Origin: an uncultured Pirellulaceae bacterium
Lineage (GTDB): Bacteria > Planctomycetota > Planctomycetia > Pirellulales > Pirellulaceae
Length of the DNA stretch: 54,923 nucleotides
Direction of reading: 5' to 3'
Assembly (NCBI GenBank): GCA_947258905.1
Contig: CAMYKF010000406.1
Coordinates: 1-54,923, forward strand
Shown here: one piece after another, positions 17,289 through 27,776 of the stretch
How positions within the stretch are numbered: the first letter of the stretch is position 1
Layout of the letters: every line of letters begins with the position of its first letter
The notes under the pieces: model-generated
Databases searched by the model: none
Told to the model about the DNA's origin: nothing
The model's input: only the letters and a program-made list of their open reading frames with translations
Made by a program: the position numbers and the translations under genes

Positions 17289-17537
17289 CTAAAACCAGGT
17301 CCAGTCATTACTCGTGATCAGGAAATAGATCACGTAGAACCAGCTGAGGATGCCGTGGATCAATGCCCAGAAGAAACTCTTGTTGGCGGTCCATGAGATC
17401 ACGATGGCCAACGCGCATCCGAAACTGATTCCGGCCTTGGTGACGGTAACTGCATGTCCCTTGCTTTCGGGAATCTGTGATTCCTTGATTTCGCCCATCT
17501 TTACATTCCCGTCATTTGGTTGTCGGAGTCGGTACAT
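17289..17537 (-). CDS. small two-TM membrane protein, function unknown
   Basis: 82-codon ORF with two hydrophobic helices (GISFGCALAIVISW, FWALIHGILSWFYVIYFLI). Alternative start at ATG 17498. Confidence 0.55.
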   Translation of the reverse strand: MYRLRQPNDGNVKMGEIKESQIPESKGHAVTVTKAGISFGCALAIVISWTANKSFFWALIHGILSWFYVIYFLITSNDWTWF

Positions 17538-17724
17538 ATGCTGTGCTGCCGCAAGTCCGGATTGCCGCTACCCCGCACGTCATCCGGCTTTCTCCCCGAG
17601 GGAGGAGGATTTTGCTTGTTGCGTCAGCAGCCCTAATTCGCGGTTTTTTTGAATCCATCGCGTATTTTACGCGAAGTCATCAGAAATTCCCTCGAATCAG
17701 CCATCTCACCAACAGGATGTCCCC

Positions 17725-18924
17725 ATGAAACGTTTGTTTTTCGCAATTGCTCTCACTCTGACGGCACTGCTCGCCGGGCAGGCCAACGCTCAGCAGAAAA
17801 CGATTGTGGAGACCGCAGTGGCCGCCGGCAGCTTCGAAACCCTTGTCGCCGCCGTCAAGGCAGCAGGCCTGGTTGATACTCTCAACGGCCACACCGAGTT
17901 TACCGTGTTTGCACCAACCGACGCGGCGTTTGAACACGTGGATCACGAGACGTTGCAAGCTCTTCTGCAGCCCGAGAACAAGGACCAGTTGACCAGCATC
18001 CTTACCTACCATGTCGTGCCCGGACGTGTGAATGCCCGCGACGCATACAGTCTTAATTCGGCACCGACGGTCAACGGACAACAATTGCCGCTGAACTTCC
18101 GCGGCGAGGCCTTGCAAGTCGGCGAGGCCACGATCACGACGACCGATATCCAGTGCTCCAATGGCGTCATCCACGTAATTGATGCTGTATTGATGCCCGG
18201 GCAGGATTCGATCCCGGCCGTCGCCAAGTCGGCTGGTCAATTCAATACGCTATTGGCAGCCGTGGGTGCTGCCGACCTGGGTGAAGTCCTCTCGGGTCCC
18301 GGACCCTTTACCGTATTCGCGCCGACCGACCAGGCGTTTGCAAATCTGCCTGAAGGCACCGTCGAAAATCTGCTTAAACCGGAGAACAAGCAGCAGCTGA
18401 TTGACCTCTTGAAGTATCACGTGGTCAGCGGCCGCGTTTACGATAACGACGCCGTGAAAGCTCGTCGAGCAAGCACGCTGTTGGGTCGAGGAGTCGATAT
18501 CGAACTGGATGCGGGCGGTCTGATGGTCAACGATGCCCGCGTAGTGGCGAAGAACATTGATGCTTCCAACGGAGTCGTGCACGTGATCGATTCGGTGCTG
18601 ATTCCATCGGCTATGAACGGTCGTCACGTGATGACTTTGCTGGAAGAAACGATCGCGCGTGGTGCTCCGGTTTTCAACGCCGGTCAACACGATCGCTGTG
18701 CGGAAATGTACATGGAAGCCCTCGATTCAATTATGGCTTCCGGCATCGAACACGCCGACGACCACACGATGAAGCTGGTCAGTGATACGCTGGATCGAGC
18801 ACGTCGCACGCACAGCATGCCGGACCGGGCGTGGGCCCTGCGTGATGGCATCCGCAATTTGTATGTGCGGCTGCAAGACATGCCCGAAAACATGCCAGCG
18901 CAAATTCGCACCAGCCGCCAGTAG
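17725..18924 (+). CDS. secreted protein with two fasciclin (FAS1) domains and a C-terminal helical domain
   Basis: Signal peptide MKRLFFAIALTLTALLAGQANA. FAS1 motifs occur twice: FTVFAPTDAAF/NGVIHVIDAVL and FTVFAPTDQAF/NGVVHVIDSVL. Confidence 0.9.
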   Translation: MKRLFFAIALTLTALLAGQANAQQKTIVETAVAAGSFETLVAAVKAAGLVDTLNGHTEFTVFAPTDAAFEHVDHETLQALLQPENKDQLTSILTYHVVPGRVNARDAYSLNSAPTVNGQQLPLNFRGEALQVGEATITTTDIQCSNGVIHVIDAVLMPGQDSIPAVAKSAGQFNTLLAAVGAADLGEVLSGPGPFTVFAPTDQAFANLPEGTVENLLKPENKQQLIDLLKYHVVSGRVYDNDAVKARRASTLLGRGVDIELDAGGLMVNDARVVAKNIDASNGVVHVIDSVLIPSAMNGRHVMTLLEETIARGAPVFNAGQHDRCAEMYMEALDSIMASGIEHADDHTMKLVSDTLDRARRTHSMPDRAWALRDGIRNLYVRLQDMPENMPAQIRTSRQ

Positions 18925-18993
18925 CCAATTGATGGGTAGTAGTGGTCTCCTGACCAAGCCACGCGCTGGGGACACCTTCGTTCGGCTTCGTGG

Positions 18994-19078
18994 GACGGGT
19001 CGGGAGGCCCGCCCACATCATGGGGGTTGTGCCCCCCCACAACTTGATGGCAAAAGCGTGAGACCGCCCCACAAAACC
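18994..19078 (+). repeat. Three CCCACAA-type repeat units (one full-length, two half units)
   Basis: GACGGGTCGGGAGGCCCGCCCACATC at 18994-19019, GTGCCCCCCCACAACTTG at 19029-19046, and GTGAGACCGCCCCACAAAACC at 19058-19078. Confidence 0.75.
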
Positions 19079-19129
19079 GGCCGCCTGCAAACTCTTTTTT
19101 CGGTACCGAATCGTTAAACTGGACCTGCG

Positions 19130-19735
19130 ATGACTGGCAAGCTGCTAATCTACTTTGCGATAAGCGGCGTGGCGATCGTCGCGGGCTGGTGGGTGTGGAA
19201 AATGACGGCACGAAACGCTTACGAAAACGCCGAATACACGGTGCTCAAGTCCGACGGCGACTATGAAATCCGCGAGTATCCGAAACTGATGTTGGCAACG
19301 ACCGATATGCGTTTCACGTCGCCAGGTGACGATGGCAGTTTCATGCGGCTTTTCGGGTACATCAGCGGGGCCAACGACCAAAATCAAAAAGTGGCCATGA
19401 CGGTTCCCGTGTTCATGGAACCGGAGCATGGTGATTCTTCCGGCCAAATGGGTTTTGTCCTGCCAAAGGACATCGCCGAACGTTCAGCGCCCGAACCATC
19501 GGCCTCCGGTGTGTGGCTGCAAACGCGGCAGGGCGGTCAATTCGCTGTGATCAAGTTCGCTGGTCGCCTGAACAAAGAGACGGCCGCTCGTGCCGAGCAG
19601 CATTTACGGCAATGGATGGAGGGGAACGGATTGGAGGCCGCTGGCGAGCCCGAATATGCCAGCTATGATCCTCCCTGGACCCCGGGTCCCCTGCGACGCA
19701 ATGAGGTTCTGATTCGCCTCCAAGTCGGCAAGTAG
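19130..19735 (+). CDS. SOUL heme-binding family protein with N-terminal membrane anchor
   Basis: YEIREYP, VAMTVPV and ASYDPPWTPGPLRRNEV are characteristic of SOUL/HBP proteins. Confidence 0.85.
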   Translation: MTGKLLIYFAISGVAIVAGWWVWKMTARNAYENAEYTVLKSDGDYEIREYPKLMLATTDMRFTSPGDDGSFMRLFGYISGANDQNQKVAMTVPVFMEPEHGDSSGQMGFVLPKDIAERSAPEPSASGVWLQTRQGGQFAVIKFAGRLNKETAARAEQHLRQWMEGNGLEAAGEPEYASYDPPWTPGPLRRNEVLIRLQVGK

Positions 19736-19841
19736 TCTTCATTCGGGACGAAAAGATCGGCCGCGAAACGCGGCTCCTTCAACCATCGCAAAGGTATTTC
19801 GGTCTGCAGGCTGAGCCCCGATCCGGTGGCCGATAAGATGT

Positions 19842-21188
19842 TCATTCCGTCGGAGTGGCGGTGGCAACGACCGGAGCCAATACTTCGCGTTCCTCCTTTA
19901 GGTGCTCCCGGGTTCTGAGCCGGGCAGATGACGCGGCCACCAGCATGATGACTCCTGTTGATAACAAGATCCAGCTTGGCTCCACCGCGAATCCGGTAAC
20001 GGCAAGGGCCCCGAAATAATAGACTGACGCGAGCATGATACCGATCCATGTCATCAGGTTCATGACCGCAATAATCCGCCCCTTGTATTCAGCAGGTGGA
20101 TGAGCCTGAATAAAGACCTGCAAGGGAATTGCTACCCAGCCGCCAAAAAAACCGGCCCCAAATAACAAGATTCCAATCAGCCACAGTTTCGCACCTGTAG
20201 CTATCGGCAATATCGCGAAAATGGCAACCGCCGCGGCACAACAGCAAAGTCCAGCACTGCCTTGTGTTACCAAACCGAGTCGAATGTCCTTCTTCGACAT
20301 TTTGGCGGCCCAGATACAGCCCGTCCCAATGCCCAGACCCATACTGGCATTGAACAATGCCGTCGTTGAGTCCGACAGATTCAACTGCACCTTGCCCATC
20401 ACCGTGATGGTCAGCGCAATCACGCCGCCCACAAACCAGAAGACGGAATACATCAGCAGCACTTTGAACAACAACCGGTCCTGGAGAACTCTTTTCCACA
20501 CAGCTGGCTCTACAAACAAGCTGCCTGGCGAAAACTTCAAGGTTGGCTGAGCGGCTGGTGTTCGGCGGAGCATGGTGGCAGTGATGGTTCCGATGATTCC
20601 CAAGCCGACGCAAATCAGGCTGATGACCCAAAGTTCGTCTCCCAGCAGACGTTTCAGCACGCCAGCCAACACCATGCCAAAAATGATGGCCAGAAAGGTG
20701 GTCGCCTGAATGACTCCATTTGCGGCAGGCAAGTCGGTGTCAGAGAACATTTCCGGCAGGATTCCCCACTTGGATGGGCCGAAAAACGCCGATTGCACGC
20801 CCATCAAAAACAGGACACCAAACAAGAGAACGATGAACGATTTACTGCCCGGGTCTCCCAGAAGAAACACCAGCAAACCGATCGCCATTACGACAATCTC
20901 GGCCATCTTGCTGGCGACGACAATATTCTTTTTTCGGTAGCGATCCGAAAGATAACCGGCAAATCCGCAAATCATGATAAAGGCAGAGGCAAACAGCATA
21001 CTGGCTACCGTTTGATATGGATCAAAATAGGGACTGCTACTGCTGTTTGCCGCATCGGCCATCACATAATCAGCGCAGATCAACATTAATAACATTTTGA
21101 AGATGTTGTCGTTGAATGCACCCAGGAACTGGGTCATCGTGATGCCCCAGAATGCCTTGTCGCGCCGCAGAGGAGGATAATAAGTCAT
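19842..21188 (-). CDS. MFS transporter (resembles LplT-type lysophospholipid transporters)
   Basis: About 12 hydrophobic segments. The N-terminus FWGITMTQFLGAFNDNIFK is typical of LplT-like MFS proteins. ATG 21188 is preferred over 21242. Confidence 0.8.
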   Translation of the reverse strand: MTYYPPLRRDKAFWGITMTQFLGAFNDNIFKMLLMLICADYVMADAANSSSSPYFDPYQTVASMLFASAFIMICGFAGYLSDRYRKKNIVVASKMAEIVVMAIGLLVFLLGDPGSKSFIVLLFGVLFLMGVQSAFFGPSKWGILPEMFSDTDLPAANGVIQATTFLAIIFGMVLAGVLKRLLGDELWVISLICVGLGIIGTITATMLRRTPAAQPTLKFSPGSLFVEPAVWKRVLQDRLLFKVLLMYSVFWFVGGVIALTITVMGKVQLNLSDSTTALFNASMGLGIGTGCIWAAKMSKKDIRLGLVTQGSAGLCCCAAAVAIFAILPIATGAKLWLIGILLFGAGFFGGWVAIPLQVFIQAHPPAEYKGRIIAVMNLMTWIGIMLASVYYFGALAVTGFAVEPSWILLSTGVIMLVAASSARLRTREHLKEEREVLAPVVATATPTE

Positions 21189-21514
21189 AAGGGCACCTGC
21201 GTTGGGTGTTCCTGTGTCGGGTATCACGCGAAACGGGCGCATTAGGTGACCCTCAGGATTTGCAGATCAAGTCGTAGCGACTGATAGCGATCAGGACAAG
21301 CCAATCGCACGCAGAGTTATGAACTCGCACGCGTCTGCTGTCGCCTTACTATTTGCTGCGTCCGTGCCCTGAAGCCTGATTGTCGGGTAAAATCGCCGCT
21401 CATCGCCCGACGCGAGATATTAGACATGCGACTTATCTATCCATCGCGCCTCACAAAACTTTTAATTTGGCCGATGAATTCCGGTTTTTGGTCGTCGTAT
21501 GATTGGGGTGTTCG

Positions 21515-22078
21515 TCAATCAATTCCTTTTTGCATTTCGGTTTGCAGCCAAGCCCGGGCCCAAGCCCAGTGGCGGTCGGCAGTGGCGGGTGAAATGTTCA
21601 TAGCGGCCGCAGCCTGGCGGTTGGTAAGGCCGGCAAAGAAACGTAGTTTGACAAGCTCTGCCTTGGCAGGATCGATCTGTTCAAACCGTTCCAGTGCTTC
21701 GTTCATTGCCAACAGCTTGTCGGGTTGCTCAACACCAGGATGCCACGCGGGATCAAGTTCGACTCGCTGGCGATCACCGCCGCGTTTTAAGGCTTTTCGC
21801 GACCGCGCTCGATCGACCAGAATGCGTCGCATGGCCTGGGCCGCAGCGCCAAAGAAATGACCACGACTGTTCCATTGAAAGTCGTCGCCGTTGTCGACGA
21901 GGCGCAACCACGCTTCATGCACCAGTTCAGTAGCTTGCAGAGTCTGCCCGGCCTGTTCGTTTCGCAGTTTGGCGGCGGCCAGTCGTTTGAGTTCCTGGTA
22001 GACCAGCGGCAACAGCTGGTCGGTGGCCTGCGGATCACCGGCGTCGATTTGCTGCATGATCCGGGTCACTTCAGTCAT
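21515..22078 (-). CDS. ECF-like sigma-70 factor of the kinase-associated subgroup
   Basis: Region 2 (LVHEAWLRL) and region 4 ([30 protein letters not shown]). ATG 22078 overlaps the kinase stop by 8 nt. Confidence 0.85.
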   Translation of the reverse strand: MTEVTRIMQQIDAGDPQATDQLLPLVYQELKRLAAAKLRNEQAGQTLQATELVHEAWLRLVDNGDDFQWNSRGHFFGAAAQAMRRILVDRARSRKALKRGGDRQRVELDPAWHPGVEQPDKLLAMNEALERFEQIDPAKAELVKLRFFAGLTNRQAAAAMNISPATADRHWAWARAWLQTEMQKGID

Positions 22079-24566
22079 CGGATGACTCCAGCATTTGCCG
22101 GCAATCGTCAATCCATTGTTCGATGGGCAAATGTTCGGGACGCCGCTCGCCGAGCAGTTCCGCACATTTCTCAAGCTCGGGGAGAGCTTCGTCAGGTTTG
22201 CCTTGTCCCATTAAAGCGCTGCCGATCAGGGCATGGGCTTCGGCATCCTGAGGGATGATCGACTTGGCCTTTCGCGCGATTGCTTCGGCCTCCGCATAGT
22301 TCTCTTCCAGCAACTGTGTCCATGCCAGTGCCACCAGCGTGGGCGCATGATCGGGATCCAGTTCCAGTGCGTACTCGATCGCCTTGCGGGATTCCACCAG
22401 TTCGCCGTTTTCTCGCAAGGCTTCGCCCAGCGTCCGCCACACCCCGGCAACTTCCGGTCGCACCGCAGTGCACCGCATCAGGTAGCGAACGGCGCGGTCC
22501 CACCGACCCTGTTTGCCCAGCGCCAACGCGTAATCGTAGTTGACCATCAGGTCATCAGGGTTGTAGCGCAGGGCGTACTCGTGAATTTCGTTCGAACGCT
22601 CCGGGTCTCTTGCCATCATGAACGTGATGGCCAGCCATGAAAGCGTGCGTGGTTCGACCTGCTGTAGATCAACGCCGGTAATCATGGATTCCAGTTCATC
22701 GCAGGTAACTGGTCGCCGTTCAAAAATAATCTTTCGAATTTCGGTGCGCAACGGATCCGGGTCGGCCGCATACAGCGCGTCGGCCCACGGCTGCATCGTT
22801 TCCTCGTTAGCCGGCGCTCCTCCGTAGCCGGAAACCTGCCCTTTAGTGGCGATCCACAGTTCGAGCGCATCGGCCAGCCGCAGCGCCGAATAGTGGTTGC
22901 GAATTGTGTCGGCGATTTCTTCTGGTGACCGGGTGGCAAAGTCGACACCGTAATCCTTGAACAACTGGTTAAATTGACGCTCCATCGCCTCCCAGCTCTG
23001 CAGGTCGTCGTGCGTGGCGCGATTGATAATGATGTTTTCGACTCGATACGCCAGATTGCGATCCTCGCGAGCTTCATGAAAACGCGTGAGGAAATCGATG
23101 GCCCGTTCGTGGATTTCCTCCAATAGCGGTCCTTGATTCATGGCGTCCCGGACACGTTGCTCGCCGGCGGCTGCAGCTACCCAGACGGCTTCGTCGTCGA
23201 CCGGCGCGTTGATGGCCCGGCCCAGATCCATGCCTGCAGCTTCCAGTCGATTGGATAATCGGTTGCTGTTGTTCGTTATTTCAACGCGACGCGCTGTCCA
23301 GGATGACAGTGCCCACGTTCCCAGAATACCCGCCATCACAAGCAGCACCGTGGCTGCCACCAACTTTCCGCGATTGCGTCGCGACCATTTTTTCATGCGA
23401 TAGCCAGGCGTCGGCGGTCCGGCTTCTACCGGTTCATCGTTGAGTGACCTTTCAACGTCACGGGCCATCGTCAGGGCCGATTCGTAGCGGCGACTGCGGT
23501 CCTTCTCCAGCGCCTTCATCACGATCCAGTCCAGATCTCCCTTGATCTCGCGGTGCAAACGCTCGGGACTGACGCGGCGATGTTTGGCGATGACAGTCAG
23601 GTCCTGGTCGGTGGTGCTGAGCCGGTGACTGGGTCGCGGTGGTTCTTCTTCGCGAATCAATCGTTGCATTTCGGCGTAGCCGACGGTACGCAAGTGGCGA
23701 GCTTCCAGCGGCGTGGAACCGGTTAACAGTTCGTACAGCAATACGCCCAGCGAATAGATGTCGCTGCGTGTGTCCACGTCCAGTCCGCTCATCTCCGCTT
23801 GTTCGGGACTCATGTACTGCGGCGTCCCGATCATCTGACCGTACTCGGTGAACATCGTGCGCTCAGTCAGTCGCTGGTGGATGGCCTTGGCCACGCCAAA
23901 ATCGATGACCTTGACCACCGGCTGGCCGTCGTGCAGCGTCACCATGACATTGGACGGCTTGATGTCACGATGGATGATGCCCTTTTGGTGCGCGTGCTGA
24001 ACGGCATTGCACACTGACGCGAACAGCTCAAGACGCTGGCGAGTGGGCAAGGAGTTTTTGTCGCAGTAATCCGTGATCGGCACGCCGCGAACCAATTCCA
24101 TGACAAAATAGGGCCGACCGCCGGTCGCGCCACCGTCGAACACGCGGGCGATGTTGGGGTGTTCCATCATGGCCAGCGCCTGTCGCTCGGCTTCGAAGCG
24201 TGCGATCACGGCGCGGGTGTCCATCCCCGGTTTGATGATTTTCAACGCGACCTTGCGGCGTACCGGCTGTTCCTGTTCAGCCATGTAGACGACCCCAAAA
24301 CCGCCTTCGCCGATTTTCTGCAACAGCTTGTAGTGGTCGATCACCGCACCGGCCGACACCTGGATACCGGCGTCCGTGTTCTCCTGATCGCCCGAGCCGG
24401 AGGGCAGGTCGAGAAACTGAGTGGGCTGTTCGTGGGCCTGAACGAGTGCCGCCACACGCTCCCGCAGTTGCTCGTCGCCGGCGCAGGCGTCATCCAGAAA
24501 CCGGTCGCGCTGATCGGCCGGCAGTTCGATGGCGGCGGCGAAAATAAATTCTTCGGAGCGATTCAC
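22071..24566 (-). CDS. membrane Ser/Thr protein kinase with C-terminal TPR region
   Basis: Hanks kinase motifs [25 protein letters not shown] and [10 protein letters not shown]. One TM segment ([19 protein letters not shown]). TPR-like C-terminus. Confidence 0.9.
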   Translation of the reverse strand: MNRSEEFIFAAAIELPADQRDRFLDDACAGDEQLRERVAALVQAHEQPTQFLDLPSGSGDQENTDAGIQVSAGAVIDHYKLLQKIGEGGFGVVYMAEQEQPVRRKVALKIIKPGMDTRAVIARFEAERQALAMMEHPNIARVFDGGATGGRPYFVMELVRGVPITDYCDKNSLPTRQRLELFASVCNAVQHAHQKGIIHRDIKPSNVMVTLHDGQPVVKVIDFGVAKAIHQRLTERTMFTEYGQMIGTPQYMSPEQAEMSGLDVDTRSDIYSLGVLLYELLTGSTPLEARHLRTVGYAEMQRLIREEEPPRPSHRLSTTDQDLTVIAKHRRVSPERLHREIKGDLDWIVMKALEKDRSRRYESALTMARDVERSLNDEPVEAGPPTPGYRMKKWSRRNRGKLVAATVLLVMAGILGTWALSSWTARRVEITNNSNRLSNRLEAAGMDLGRAINAPVDDEAVWVAAAAGEQRVRDAMNQGPLLEEIHERAIDFLTRFHEAREDRNLAYRVENIIINRATHDDLQSWEAMERQFNQLFKDYGVDFATRSPEEIADTIRNHYSALRLADALELWIATKGQVSGYGGAPANEETMQPWADALYAADPDPLRTEIRKIIFERRPVTCDELESMITGVDLQQVEPRTLSWLAITFMMARDPERSNEIHEYALRYNPDDLMVNYDYALALGKQGRWDRAVRYLMRCTAVRPEVAGVWRTLGEALRENGELVESRKAIEYALELDPDHAPTLVALAWTQLLEENYAEAEAIARKAKSIIPQDAEAHALIGSALMGQGKPDEALPELEKCAELLGERRPEHLPIEQWIDDCRQMLESSDD

Positions 24567-24725
24567 GAATGGTTTACCTGAAGCAAGCCGTTAACTCGAG
24601 CTCTTTCAGGATAACGTGCGTAAAGCAGTAGAAAATTGCCTCAAAATATTTTCGCCCCGGGAATTAGTCGATTTTCCCAGCCCGGGTGGACGACGCTGAC
24701 TTGTCGTGGTCATCGGACATATACT

Positions 24726-27700
24726 ATGAGCATGAAAAGGTCACGGTTTCTGTTTGCCTGTTTGGCTGGCCTGGCAGCCTGCACGACCGCCGGGCAACCG
24801 GGAATTCTCTGCGCGCAAGCCAAGGTCTCTTTCAATCGCGATATTCGTCCGATTCTTGCGTCCAAATGTTTCGTCTGCCATGGTCACGATGAAGAAGATC
24901 GCGAGGCAGACCTGAGACTGGATGTTCGCGATGAGGCCATTGCCGGTGGTGCGCTTGCTCCGGGCAGACCCGACGAAAGCGAATTCGTGCACCGGATTTT
25001 TTCGGACGACGAATACGAGATTATGCCGCCGCCGCATGCCGAAAATCCGCTCGACGAATCGCAAAAGGATTTGCTGAAACGTTGGATCACCGAAGGCGCT
25101 TCCTATGACAGACACTGGGCGTTTGTGCCACCGAAAGCGCCCGCCGTTCCATCCGCTGCCAAAATCAACCGGGCACGAAACCCAATTGACAACTTTGTCT
25201 TTCGCAATCTGGAGAAGAATCATTTACGCCCGGCACCTGAAGCGGATCGCTACACCCTGGTGCGCCGCGTGTATCTCGATTTGATCGGGTTGCCGCCAAC
25301 GATTGCCGAGGCCGACGCGTTTGCCAGTTCAACCGATCCACGGGCTTACGAGAACCTGGTCGACGATCTCCTGAATTCACCGCGTTACGGCGAACGCTGG
25401 GCCCAGCCATGGCTTGATTTGGCCCGCTACTCCGACACCAACGGTTACGAAAAAGATCGCCCGCGCTCGATTTGGCCATATCGCGATTGGGTCATTCGAG
25501 CCCTTAACGACGACATGCCCTACGACCGTTTTTCGATTGAACAACTGGCTGGCGACATGCTGCCGGAGGCCAGCTCGGACCAGCGGATCGCCACGGGTTT
25601 CCACCGCAACACGATGTTGAACGAAGAAGGTGGAATTGATCCGCTGGAATACCGGTTTCTGGCCGTGGTCGATCGAGTGGCAACCACGAGTATCGTCTGG
25701 ATGGGACTGACGATGGACTGCGCCCAGTGCCATACCCACAAATATGATCCAATTACGCACACTGACTATTACCGGTTCATGGCGCTGCTCAATAATGCCG
25801 ACGAACCCGACTTGACCGTTCCGGATTTCGAGAAGACGAAAGCCCGGCAGCGGATCGAGACCAAAATCCGCGAACTGGAGCAAAGCCTGGCGAGCAAGTT
25901 TCCCGCACCAGCAGGGGATGGAACGGAAGCTCAACGACGCGCCGACCATCTCGAGCGTGAATTGGCAAAGTGGATCGCGTCGACCAAATCCGCATCAGCT
26001 CGCTGGTCAGTCATACGTCCTGCAGAGATCAAGACGAATCTGCCCAGGCTCGAGGTGCTTGACGACGGCTCGATTTTTTCATCGGGCGACATCACCAAAC
26101 GAGATATGTTTGAATTGACATTCGACCTCGAACCCGGTGAACTGCCGATTACCGCATTACGGCTGGAAGCACTTCCTGACGATCGCCTGCCGGCGCGCGG
26201 GCCCGGCCGAACTTATTACGAAGGCCGCAAGGGGGATTTCTTTGTCAGCGAGATTTCTGCCATCGCAGACGGAGTGAATATCGAGTTCGCAGGATCATCA
26301 CACAGTCATTCCGATGCTGACACCAATGTGAATCGCACGGTCTTTGATGACGACGGTTCAACGGGCTGGCAGCCAGGTAACCGCAAGGGGCAGCGTCTGC
26401 AACTGGTGATTAATCTTCGCCAGCCGATCGAGCAGGCACAGAAGCTGAAAATCAGGATTCTCTTCGAGCGTCATTATGCTGCCAGTCTGGGTCGCTTCCG
26501 ATTCTCGGTCACGTCGCGAGAAAACGCGGTCGCCAACAGCCTGCCTGTGGAGATCGAAACGATTCTCGCAAGCGGAGACGGAAAGGGCTGGAGCGAAACG
26601 GAGCGTGAACAGGTCACGAGGCAGTTTCTGCTCACAACACCGCTGCTGGCAGACGCTCGCCAGGAAATCGACGAGCTGAGAAAAACCCTGCCGGTCACGA
26701 CGCAAACGCTCGTTATGCAGGAACGGCCAGCGGATCATTCACGACCAACTTTCCTGCATCACCGTGGCGAATTCCTCAGCCCCCGGGGACAAGTCTCGCC
26801 GTCAATTCCCGAGATGTTTGCCGACGAGACGAACAAGGACAGCTTGCCAGCCGACCGGTTGCAGTTGGCGCGTTGGCTGGTTAGTGACGCTAATCCGCTG
26901 GTGGCGCGTGTGGCCGTTAATCGGGCGTGGCGGGAATTTTTTGGTGCTGGCCTGGTGCAAACAACCGGAGACTTTGGTGTGCAGTCACCACCTCCCTCCC
27001 ATCCGGATCTGCTTGACTGGCTGGCAGTTGAATTCATGAAGAACGGCTGGTCGATGAAACAGCTTCATCGACTGATCGTTACCAGCGCCACGTATCGTCA
27101 GCGTTCAGCCGCCACGCCGCAGCTCGTCGAGCTCGATCCGCAGAATCGTCTGTTGGCCCGCGGTCCCCGCTTCCGCGTGTCGGGTGAAATGGTACGCGAC
27201 ATTATGTTGAAATCGACGGGTTTACTGTCAGACAAGATGTTCGGACCGGGCGTGAGGCCCCCTCAGCCAGCGAGCGTAACCGCATTGTCGTACGGATCAA
27301 CGGCCTGGCATCCTTCGGTTGGCGAGGACCGGTACCGTCGCTCCCTGTACACATTTCGCAAACGCACTGCGGCCTTTGCCGCCTACACCGTATTTGATGC
27401 GCCCAGCGGCGAAAACTGTGTGGTTCGGCGAAACCGCAGCAATACTCCTCTGCAGGCGCTGACCGTGTTAAACGACGAAATGTATCTGGAAATGGCTCGT
27501 GCACTGGCACAAAAAACGATTGAACAGAGATTTAACACGACGCCGGACTCGGCTAAATTCATCTTTCGCAGTTGCGTGACAAGACCTCCAGAAGATTCCG
27601 AACTGAATGCGCTGGTGAACTATTTCAGAGCTCAAAAGTCGCGGCTCGAACAGGGAGAACTTGATGTGACGCTGATCGGCGGTGATGAACAGGCGTCCCA

Positions 27701-27770
27701 TGAACTCGCCGCCTGGTCCATGGTTGCCCGTGTCGTGATGAATCTGGACGAGACGATCACCAAACAGTAA
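24726..27770 (+). CDS. PSCyt1 (CxxCH) / DUF1549 / DUF1553 planctomycete-type protein
   Basis: Signal peptide after ATG 24726. CFVCHG heme motif. NPIDNFVFRNL...YLDLIGLPPT matches DUF1549. VNRAWREFFGAGLV...HPDLLDWLA matches DUF1553. Confidence 0.9.
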   Translation: MSMKRSRFLFACLAGLAACTTAGQPGILCAQAKVSFNRDIRPILASKCFVCHGHDEEDREADLRLDVRDEAIAGGALAPGRPDESEFVHRIFSDDEYEIMPPPHAENPLDESQKDLLKRWITEGASYDRHWAFVPPKAPAVPSAAKINRARNPIDNFVFRNLEKNHLRPAPEADRYTLVRRVYLDLIGLPPTIAEADAFASSTDPRAYENLVDDLLNSPRYGERWAQPWLDLARYSDTNGYEKDRPRSIWPYRDWVIRALNDDMPYDRFSIEQLAGDMLPEASSDQRIATGFHRNTMLNEEGGIDPLEYRFLAVVDRVATTSIVWMGLTMDCAQCHTHKYDPITHTDYYRFMALLNNADEPDLTVPDFEKTKARQRIETKIRELEQSLASKFPAPAGDGTEAQRRADHLERELAKWIASTKSASARWSVIRPAEIKTNLPRLEVLDDGSIFSSGDITKRDMFELTFDLEPGELPITALRLEALPDDRLPARGPGRTYYEGRKGDFFVSEISAIADGVNIEFAGSSHSHSDADTNVNRTVFDDDGSTGWQPGNRKGQRLQLVINLRQPIEQAQKLKIRILFERHYAASLGRFRFSVTSRENAVANSLPVEIETILASGDGKGWSETEREQVTRQFLLTTPLLADARQEIDELRKTLPVTTQTLVMQERPADHSRPTFLHHRGEFLSPRGQVSPSIPEMFADETNKDSLPADRLQLARWLVSDANPLVARVAVNRAWREFFGAGLVQTTGDFGVQSPPPSHPDLLDWLAVEFMKNGWSMKQLHRLIVTSATYRQRSAATPQLVELDPQNRLLARGPRFRVSGEMVRDIMLKSTGLLSDKMFGPGVRPPQPASVTALSYGSTAWHPSVGEDRYRRSLYTFRKRTAAFAAYTVFDAPSGENCVVRRNRSNTPLQALTVLNDEMYLEMARALAQKTIEQRFNTTPDSAKFIFRSCVTRPPEDSELNALVNYFRAQKSRLEQGELDVTLIGGDEQASHELAAWSMVARVVMNLDETITKQ

Positions 27771-27776
27771 GAAACG

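Noticed and set aside
19762-19776. GCCGCG-aaa-CGCGGC hairpin after the SOUL-family gene as a terminator
   Set aside because: The stem is only 6 bp with a 3-nt loop and has no U-tract. This is too weak to call.
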